Assembly (NCBI RefSeq): GCF_000315625.1
Contig: NW_005434621.1
Coordinates: 268,246 to 332,245 of the forward strand
Direction: 5' to 3'
From: Guillardia theta CCMP2712
Lineage: Eukaryota > Protista > Cryptophyta
Length of the DNA: 64,000 nucleotides
Positions 12,701 to 22,263 of the stretch are shown piece after piece (the stretch's first letter is position 1; the number at the start of each line of letters is the position of its first letter). The position numbers and the translations under genes were made by a program. The notes under the pieces are model-generated. The model made no database searches, was not told where the DNA came from, and was given only the letters and a program-made list of their open reading frames with translations.

Positions 12701-15400
12701 TGGACTGTCCCGTCGAGCTCCTTGTGGAGGAACTCGATCTCGGACTTCAACTCTCTCGCGAGCCTCCTCTGCGCCTCCACCAGCTGCTCCTCCTCGTCGT
12801 CAGCATTGACAAGCCCATCAGCGATGGACGCGAATCGGAAGGCCTGCCAGAGCTGCTGGATCGTCGCGTAAGCATCCTTATAGGAGTTGTCGTCGATCAA
12901 GCTGCGAATCTGAGCCTCCAGGGCCTTGAGCATGCTGGTGAACTTCTCCATCAGTTTCTGCTTCAGACTCTCTGCTTTCAGCACGAGATCCTGTCCTGCC
13001 AGCCCGACCTTGGGCTTGAAGAGAAGAGCAGCCTGCGGCAGGAAGCGAGTCAGAGAGGGAGAAGGACAACATGTCAAAGGCCCTCACCGCGATCTCCTTG
13101 GCGCAATCGAAGAAGTTCTCCTCGTCGAGAGAGATCCTCGCTCTCGACACCACCTTGCTCATCGCGCACACGTCCTCCTCCAGCACCTTGATCCTCTTGT
13201 CCAGCTCCTCCAGTGCTGGAAGCATCCCTGGTTTATGCGCGGCAGCTCCACAGCTCTGGTACAGCTCGAGAGCGTTGTTCCAGAACCGCCTGAAGGTCGT
13301 CAGCGAGCCGTTCCTAGCAGCGTCTTCAGCTTGCTTGTGGCAAGAAACCGCCATCTCCAGCTGGTACACGTCTCTCTCCACCTTCTTGGCGAAACTCTCG
13401 AGGCTCACCCGGTCGTTCTGACCTGCGGCCCCGGCCTGCACAAACGCGTCTCGAGCCTTCGCCAAGAGGGTCTGCGCCTCTTTCAGCCTGCCCTCCCCCC
13501 TGTATCGCTGAGCCTCCTGCAGCGACTTGCGCCCGAACTCACAGCAGTACCGCTCGTCATGCTGGCTTCGGATCAGCAGCCCGCACAGCTCCGACAGCTC
13601 CTCGGCATTGAGATCGCCCGTCGCCGACATGCTGATCCGATCGTCTAGCTCATCCAGCACCTGATCCTCGAAGTTCTTGGCAGGCTCGGAAGTGACGTGG
13701 TAAGTTCCTTCGGATACGAACAGAGAGGGGGATGCTCCGAAGGCACCCAGAGGCTTTGAGATCATCCTGTGCTTCATCTTCTGGTACACCATGGAGAAGT
13801 TCATGGTCTTTTCGATCGAGAACTTCTCTTCCGCCTTTGCTGCTTCACTTCCGTTTGTCTCATTGAGCCGATGCTCATCTGAGATGTCCTCTACCACTGG
13901 CAGACGTTTGTTCTCCTTCAATTCTTTTAAGAATTCTGAGATGTTCCAGTCCATCTTCATGACTACAGCCATCAACTGACGGAAAGTTTGACCATAGATC
14001 ACATGAGAGTTGCTGCTCTGAGCATTGAGAAACAAGGTGATGGCGTCTATGATAGCCTGGTTGTTAGTAAACTTCTGTTTGCAAGCAGAGATCTCATGTT
14101 CGATTTCTCGTTTCTTCTTCTCTATCGCAGGCTTCTGCTCCCCCGACACAATCCTTTCCGCTTCTACCGCCTCCTCAAGCTCCCGCGCTGCGTCCTCCTG
14201 CGCAACCTTGGCCTCTTTCAGTTTGCGGTTGGCACCGGGCCAGCCGTACTGTAGCGCGCTCTTGGCTTCAGCGACCTTCTTCTCTGCGATCAACTCTGCT
14301 TCATCTGCTTCTTGCCTCTCCTTCCTCGCCTTGTCGATCCTAGTCTGAAGCTGCTCTAGTTGGCTCACAGTCTTTGCAAGGGCTACTTCCTTCTCCTTCA
14401 CATCCGCCTCGATCCTTGAGTTGGAATGCTTCAGCGTCTCCAGCTCTGTCGTCAGCCACAGGTGAGAACAAAACTCTCCGAAGGCTCCTTCAATATGGCT
14501 GCTCAACCCGTCGAACTCGTGTAGGAACAAGTAGATCTTTCCGATCTCCTTCGCTATCTCTGCAGCGAGCTGGTACTCAGTCAACCCACGAAGCGCGACT
14601 ATCTCTGAGACCGATCGTGATATGACGATGCGTTGTCTCTCAGAGCTGGAAGGCAACGCGGACCTTGGAATACCTCTTTCGCTGTGATACTTCAAGCTAT
14701 GTAGTTGTCTTGCCTGTAACTGAGGGAGCTTGAAGAAGTTTCTGACGTGTATGGCCTTGGTTGGTGTATCTAGTGAGTGAGCGTTGAGAGAGCTCTTCGT
14801 TCTCATCGCGATGTCCTCTAGCACATGAGCCGGCTCAAGTCGGATCGGAATGTCAAACCTGCAGACATCGATCTCAAACTTATACGCCAGCAACTTCTCG
14901 ACTTTCAGTTTGATCTGAGACGCCTCCTCATCTAGTTTGATTCTTCGCTTCAACGGGCTCTGTTGATCGGATGATGAGATCTCTGCAAGGTTGTACATGT
15001 CCTTTCTTCTCTTCGAACCTGCTGCTCCATCCCCGCGCTGCGCGTTAGCGATTCTGATGACGGAGAAACTTCTTGCGCGTCTCTGAACGTCCATCAGGCT
15101 CCCTCGCTTCTTCCACCAGTCATCTTCAGCCTCCTCCTCTGCTGCTGCAGCACTTGTACGTCCGTCCTCCTCCTTCTCTCCCTCCTCTACCATCTCTGCC
15201 GGCAGAGGAACGGCTCCAGCACTGACGCTTCTCCGCTTCCCTCGCTTGACTGGCTTCAGCTTTTCCATGGCTGTCTGAGCTCGCAGGCTCTTGTGAGGAT
15301 GGGCAGCAGGAAGGAAGACAGGAGTTCCCATCTTGTACTTGAGCCCTGCTCGCCGCAGCAGCAGCTGCGTGTACGAGGTAGCCTCCTCCTCCTCCGCCAT
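3787..15400 (-). CDS. Giant multidomain protein (about 3,600 aa): coiled-coil/helical N-terminus, ankyrin repeats, NPHP3_N/DUF4062-like segment, degenerate NACHT-like P-loop, filamin repeat, kelch repeats, dynein-tail-like C-terminus
   Basis: ATG at 15400. ORFs 12878-15439, 8575-13077 and 5426-8476 join in frame through introns 13033-13087 and 8532-8578; an in-frame 42-nt intron lies at 10048-10089. Ankyrins at about 11700-12420 (GLTALHTA, DTALHLAAKRGH, WTSLHYA); filamin at about 7010-7250 (FGPGLHGGYVG...DKKDGTYEI); kelch at about 5920-6200 (IFVCGG...DVFVLN...W). The small 3' exons and the stop are tentative. Confidence 0.75.
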
Positions 15401-15537
15401 GTTCAGCGCAACCCCGGGTTCGTCTTTCGGAACACCCACCCCAGTCAGTTAGTACGAAAACGGGAGAGGAGGGGGTGGTCAACGGACCTTCCAACGGCTG
15501 CCCTGGAGGCAAATCGGGGCGATAGGAGAGAATGAGG

Positions 15538-16270
15538 TGATCGTGACAAGATGAGATGTATGATCGTGACTAGATGAGATGTATGATCGTGACTAGATGA
15601 GATGTATGATCGTGACTAGATGAGATGTATGATCGTGACTAGATGAGATGTATGATCGTGACTAGATGAGATGTATGATCGTGACTAGATGAGATGTATG
15701 ATCGTGACTAGATGAGATGTATGATCGTGACAAGATGAGATGTATGATCGTGACTAGATGAGATGTATGATCGTGACAAGATGAGATGTATGATCGTGAC
15801 TAGATGAGATGTATGATCGTGACTAGATGAGATGTATGATCGTGACTAGATGAGATGTATGATCGTGACTAGATGAGATGTATGATCGTGACTAGATGAG
15901 ATGTATGATCGTGACTAGATGAGATGTATGATCGTGACTAGATGAGATGTATGATCGTGACTAGATGAGATGTATGATCGTGACTAGATGAGATGTATGA
16001 TCGTGACAAGATGAGATGTATGATCGTGACTAGATGAGATGTATGATCGTGACTAGATGAGATGTATGATCGTGACTAGATGAGATGTATGATCGTGACA
16101 AGATGAGATGTATGATCGTGACAAGATGAGATGTATGATCGTGACTAGATGAGATGTATGATCGTGACAAGATGAGATGTATGATCGTGACAAGATGAGA
16201 TGTATGATCGTGACTAGATGAGATGTATGATCGTGACTAGATGAGATGTATGATCGTGACTAGATGAGAT
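15538..16270. repeat. 23-bp minisatellite, about 32 copies (TGATCGTGACWAGATGAGATGTA)
   Basis: Near-perfect head-to-tail array with a single T/A variable site and no spacers. Confidence 0.98.
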
Positions 16271-16444
16271 GCTTGGAGTTGCTGACCAGACTTCGTCGTG
16301 GTCAGAGTTAGGCTTATCAGTTCTGAGCTTACACAGCTCTATTTCTCGAACCTCATCATGTACAAGAGGAAAATCGAAGAGCTCGAGGAGGCAGATTGAA
16401 TGATTAGCTGTTTGGTGTCTTTAGCAACACCATGACTTGTACAG

Positions 16445-17495
16445 TCAAGAAGAAAGATAGGTAGCGACATTCGTGCTATCTAGAAGAATCTCCGAAATTT
16501 CTTCACGGGTGGGTCTCCACATCAAGGTGCGCTGTTTGAAGGCGCTGGAGTATGATTCCTGCGATGGTTCTAAGGGAGCATCTAAGATGTGAGATAGATG
16601 TTGACCTCGTGGAAGCCAAGGTTGCGAAACAGATTGAGAGATGCTTCGTTGTCTTCATCAATCTTTGCTGCAAACTCCTGACAAGAATCGTATTCAGACA
16701 TGCATCTCTTCAAACATACGATTTTCGTGTTACCTTCGCTCCTAATCTTCTGTATGCATAATGCATGAACAATCTGATTCACACTTGAGAGATCGAGCAC
16801 AATACAACATCACTGGAGGAACCTGAGTGCTTCTTTTGCAAGTCCCTTGCGGCGATATTCCTTCTCCGCGATCATAACGTTGATTTCACCATGATACTGC
16901 ATCATGTGTAAGCTCCAAGGAGAACCAAAACAAAAAACCTTCTCGTCTTCATAGAAGAACATGTTAATGTCTCCGATCATATGCTTAGACTCCTTATCTA
17001 GGATGATGAAGGTAGACTGGAGAAACATCAATCACCACCAACCATCGCTCTGTTCACCTTGTCGTACTCGTCCTCCCACTTCTTCTGCATCTCAATCTCC
17101 TGCAGAGCATCTGAACTCACTCCCACCTTCACCTCCCAGCATCCACAAGGACCACCTCATCCAGGCTCAACGGCTCGCTCCCCGTGAACTTGAGAATTTC
17201 CTCGTCCTGCAAGAAGCTGCTCGCTCACGCTCTCCTCCCGTCTACCTCCGCACCTTCATCCACTCATGGTATCTCGCCACATGCTCCGGTGAGTAGGGCA
17301 CCAGGAGGATCTGATCAAGTCAAGACGTCAGCCACAACTCCCAGACTGGTCTTCTCCCACATTTTGGCCCACGATCATCAACTTCTTGTCTTGTATCAGA
17401 GCTTCCTCCCTCCAGCCCTTTGGAACATTTTCAGTTTCAAGTTGTTCAGATCTATGAGAGCCCGGTCTCACCTCGATGTCTTTGCTCAAGAACAT
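16445..17495 (-). CDS. NAT9: N-acetyltransferase 9-like GNAT protein (multi-exon; start uncertain)
   Basis: Spliced product reads LMIVGQN/ILLVPYSPEHVARYHEWMK/DEEILKFTGSEPLSLDE...STFIILDK...MIGDINMF...GEINVMIAEKEYRRKGLAKEAL...AKIDEDNEASLNLFRNLGF, matching the NAT9 signature. Confidence 0.88.
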
Positions 17496-17520
17496 GTGCA
17501 GGTCGTGTTCTTTGAGTACA

Positions 17521-18594
17521 TCACAACTCAACGACCTGGGAGGGTTAGACGTCAAACATGACGATCATCCTTGTACCATCGCCCTTCTCTCAGGAGCTGA
17601 AGGCTGTTGTCGGCATCTGAGCTCTTTGCATGCACTCAGAGGACAAGGAGCAACCTTGAGGGTTACCTCGATCCCGTCCTCTCTCACCGCTCCCTCGACA
17701 AACCAGTCCTCTGCAAACCAGTGAGACGATATGACCTCATGAGCTTCCTCGGTGCCTCACCCAAGATGGATGGCAGCCAGTGTCGATAATGTAACGGCAT
17801 GCTCTGATACGGCAGCTGATTCCTCTCGCATACAGGTCAAGACGGCGAGTGGACGTTGAGGGTTCTTACCAAGAAATTCTTGATCAGTGGTTGACTTGCG
17901 GCCTTGACGCCTTCAGAGGACATGTGGTTCCAGACGAACAGGTGAAGCTGATCAATGTCACTTGGATACAGCTGCGCATGGCTATTACCTGAGTTGCACA
18001 TTCTCCTTTTGAAACCAACGTCACGACACCTCGCTTCTCTACCTCAGCCTCAGGTCGCTGGAAGTGTTCTTGGAACACCCGTCTTGCTGCGTCTTCTGCG
18101 TTTTCATTCATCCTCGGCTCTGCCTCAAACGCCTCCCATCGGTCTGCATTCTTGCTCGTACTTCGCATGAAGACGCCTCCGTCACCCATGACGACAGCGA
18201 GAGATCGATGGACACATCGCGAGATCCCCATGGCGAGACGAGCTGGAACGTGAGAGTATCCGATCCTCCTAAACTCATCTCCTCCTCCTCCTCCTCCTCC
18301 TCCTCCTCCTCCTCCTTCGGTTTCTTGCATTGTCGGCTCTTCGAAGTGATCTGTCATGACGGTGTAGCCACTCCGCCGATGCCGAGGGGGTAGAACTTCA
18401 CGAGAAATCGTATGAACAAAACTAGATGTATGGCAGGAAGGAGTGTTCGCAGGGGCAGGAGACTGTGAGGGGCGGGAGGGATCTGCAGAAGAAGCAGCAG
18501 CTTGCAAGCTAGAGGAGCCAGTGATCAAGGCAGACGATCGCTCACTTGCCATGATGCACAACCCCACCATCGCTACCCACCGCCATGGCCTCAT
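17521..18594 (-). CDS. Signal-peptide-bearing degenerate MTH1/NUDT1-like Nudix-fold protein (3' end uncertain)
   Basis: RWEAFEAEPRMNENAEDAARRVFQEHF aligns by eye with MTH1 [27 protein letters not shown]; later exons LHLFVW and NQLPYQSMPLHYRHWLPSIL resemble MTH1 VHVF and [20 protein letters not shown]. Hydrophobic N-terminus. Confidence 0.55.
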
Positions 18595-19055
18595 TCATTG
18601 ATACCCTCATCCCCTCTTATCCCCTTTTACACCAGACCCACATCCCCCCTCATCGCCTGTAGGCTTCCAGACGTTCGGCCTCAAATGCGGCGGCCTCCAT
18701 GCGCAGGGGGAGAGGGGAGGGGGGGGAGGAGGAGGAAGGGGGAGGAGGGATGAGAGGATGTGGAGAAAGAAGAGCTTAAGGAGCAGAACATAATGAGGAG
18801 GATGAGATAGACCGTGAGAGATGAAGAGCAGAGGCAAGAGGATGGTTGAGATGGGAATAGAATGAAATGGAACGGGGGCAATTGAAAGAGTGTTCCTTAG
18901 GTTCCCATAGGAACTGTGTGAGATGAGGTTGGGATTATGGATATGTAGAGCATGAAGATGGTAGAAACATTGGAGATTGAGACGAGGATCATTGTTATGT
19001 ATGCTTTCTGAGTCACCTTTCTGAAGGATCCGCATACTGACCAGTTTGCGCGCAG

Positions 19056-21756
19056 ATGCAAACGTTGCACAAGGCGCTCATCTTCGCGGCAGTGATCTTC
19101 CTCTGTGTTCCTGGAACAATCCATGGCTTCGGAATCAACATTGCGAGCATCCCCTCCTTGAGATCGTCTCCTGCATCCGTCAGCAAGAATCCGATCTTCG
19201 CCTCCTCCCCATTGACCCCCCAGGTACAGGTCGATATCGTCCCCTGGTCCCCTGGTCCGCTGTAATGATGATCTTGAACTTGGCCATGCTCCTTGTTCTG
19301 CATGCTCGTGTGCTCTACTCTTGCTGCGTGCTCATACCGTCATCCTCTGACGCTCTCTACCTCTCAGCGATTCCCGTCGCTGCTGCCCCTTCGCAACAGC
19401 AAGGACGAACAAGTGCCCGAGGCCGTGAGTCACTTGCTCTCTTCCCTCCCCGCCCTGATGCCTCCTTGACGCCTTCTTGCCAGTCGGAGGAGACTGAAGC
19501 CTCGGCCGAGTCCGTCGAGGCGTCTGAGGAGCAGCTCGATACCGACTCCAAGGTAGCAGAGCAAGGGAGGAGAGAAGGGCGGGAAGAAGTTGGGGGCGAA
19601 GAAACCTACAGGGAGGCAGGGAGGCAGGGAGGTTGCAAGGATGGAGATCTCAAAGTCAGGGGGTGCGGGAGGAGCTTCTGACGCGTTCTGCGACGTGCAG
19701 GAATTCTTGCAGAGGAAGGTGGAGATTCTTCAGAAGGAGCTTGACGAGACGAGCGCTAAGGTTGGTGGAGGGCCTTGTAAGGAAGGGATGTAATGGAAGC
19801 ATGCTAGTTGCAAGATCTCGAGGCCGATGCCAAGTCCCTTGAGGATCTCAAGGTTGTTTCCTCTCCCTCCTCGTCCCTGACCCTCTCCTCCTCCCTTCCC
19901 TCCTGTCCTGTCGGTTCTCCGCTGACATGCCGCAGGCGCGAGGCATTTTGAAGCTTGCATCTGCTGTGGAGCTCAAGGAAACGTAAGCAGGGAGAGGATG
20001 GGGGAAGAGGAAGGAAGGAAGGAGGGAGGGAGCAAGGAGGGAGCAAGGAGGGAGGGAAGGGAGAAGGGGAAGGGAAGGTAGGTGTGGGGGTAGGGGGGAA
20101 GGGGGAATGGCGAAGGTGGAACCCTTGGCGGAGTTGACGACATTGCAGGTACATCCGTCTGGCTGCCGACTTTGAGAACTACAGGAAGCGCACGGCATCG
20201 GATCTTGTCAGGGTGAGGAGGAGGAGCAGGAAGGAGGAGGAGGAAGGAGGAGGAACAGGTTGTTGTTGTTGGCAAGTTATGGTGGTGGAGGTAGTGGAAG
20301 GGGAAGAGGAGGAGGGTTCAGACAGGTAGACCAGGCAGAAAAGGAGGATATAGAATGGGAGTTACGCAGAGCATGAAAGTTTGAGCAGGCTAATGACATG
20401 GCGACCGTCAACGTTGTCAAGGAGCTGTTGGTAGTCCTGGACACCTTCGAGCGAGCAGGTCGACATCAATAGCTCCTCCCCCTCCCCATGCTGTCATCCC
20501 CGCCCTCCCTCTGCTATCATCCTCCCCCTCCCTCTGCTATCATCTCCAGCGCAACTGTTCCTTCCCAACCTCTCGATCCTCTGTTCACTCCTCTCTCCTT
20601 CCCTCTTCTCTTCTTTCATCGTCCTCCCTCCACTCCTCCTCGTTTTGATTGTTGGCATGCAGGAAGTGCTATCAAGTGCGAGACGGACAGGGAGCAAAGC
20701 ATCAACAACAGCTACCAGGCAGTGAACAAGGAGCTCTTGAAGGTTGGGGAGGAGGAGGAGGAGGAGAGGAGGAGGAAGGGGGGGAGGGGGGGGGGGAAGA
20801 ACAAGAGAAGCTATTATTGCGAAGGAGACATGAAGAGGATGAGTAACAGGAGGCAAGAGGCAAAGGGAAGAGGGAAGAGCAGGCGGAGGAGAGGAGGGAG
20901 GAGGAGAGGAGTGCTGAGGGAGGAGGGAGGAGTGTTTTGCTCATTCTTTCGTGCAGGTCTTGAACAAGCTGAACGTGGAGGCGATTGAGCCCCTCGGACA
21001 AGAGTTTGACCCCAACATGCACAAGTACATGGACCTTCCTCACTTCTCCTCCTCTCTCCACTTCTACCTCCTCCTTCCTCCTTGCTCGTCCTCTTCGTCC
21101 TTCTCATCCTCCTTGGTCTCTTACACTTCTTGCCTTACCTCCTCTATGATCTGCTCTCCTCCTTGTTCTTGACTCTCAGCTTTCAGCGCCATCCAGCAGC
21201 TCGAGTCGAAGGAGTACAAGGAGAATGTCGTCTGCCAGGCTCTGCAGAGAGGGTGAGAAAGGAGGAGGGAGAGCTCGTGAGCAGCTGACCTCTTCGTCAG
21301 GTACAAGATCGGCGATCGTGTTGTTCGTCCTGCCCTGGTTGTCGTCTCGTCCGGACCAGGACCCGAGGAATCTGGTGCTTTTTCATCCTCGCTCCTTGCT
21401 TTTCGCTCCTCCCTGCCTCCCTCCTCTTTCTCCATTTCCCTCCCAATTCCCTCCTCCCTCGCTCTTCCTCCCTCCGCCTTCTTTCCTTCTTTCTTCCTCG
21501 TCCTCTGCCTCCTCCTCCCTTCTCCCTTCTCGTTTTCTCTTTCACGCTGCTGTCGGCTCCCTCCCTGCATATTCTTCCATCCTCTTGCTAATTTCTCTTC
21601 TTTGCTTCATCCTCGTCTTCTGCCTTCTCCACCCATTGCTTTCTCTCTCGCTGCTCCACTGCCTTCATCCCTGTGTCGCTCCTTCTCTGCTCATCCTGTT
21701 CTGCTGCAGGAGAGGAGACATCAGCCCCGTCGGAGCAGTCAGAAAGCTCGGCCTAG
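19056..21756 (+). CDS. grpE: Plastid-targeted GrpE nucleotide exchange factor (multi-exon)
   Basis: Presequence MQTLHKALIFAAVIFLCVPGTIHG-F; exons YIRLAADFENYRKR, VVKELLVVLDTFERA, IEPLGQEFDPNMH, ALQRG/YKIGDRVVRPALVVVS; predicted stop TAG at 21754-21756. Confidence 0.93.
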
Positions 21757-22196
21757 ATAACTTGCTGGGTCCGAGGTGATAGTAAAGCACACAACCAACT
21801 AATCCTGGAAGTTGAGGAGGAGGAGGGAGGTGTATGAGGGAGGAGATGAAGAAGGAGGAGGCGGAGGAGGGGGAGGGTGGAAGGAATCTGGTAGTTGCGT
21901 GGTAAGAGGAAGAGGAAATGGAGAGAATAGGAGAGAAAAAGGCAAGGAGGGAGGGGAGGAAGGCAGCGGAGGAGGTCACAGAGGGGGGGGAAGGAGAAGA
22001 GATTCTTGTAGGCGACAAGTTTGAGATTTAATTTCCTTTCATAGTGACTCACTTCCATGAACACTGCTCGTTTCCATTCGGCCCCTCCTCCTCCTCCTCC
22101 TCCTCCTCCTGCCCTGCCTGTGTCTCTTTTCTCTCCTTCTCTCCCCTTTCCCCATGGCTCTTTCACTGTCTCGCTGTCATTCGATAGCTACATCCA

Positions 22197-22243
<47 letters not shown>

Positions 22244-22263
22244 TTCTTCTCCTCCACCACCTG

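Noticed and set aside
15538-16270. CRISPR array or telomere
   Set aside because: The units are contiguous with no unique spacers, no cas genes are present, the context is eukaryotic and the position is internal.
16291-16400. Possible plus-strand terminal exon (…LYFSNLIMYKRKIEELEEAD) after the minisatellite
   Set aside because: No in-frame upstream exon with a start codon could be built.
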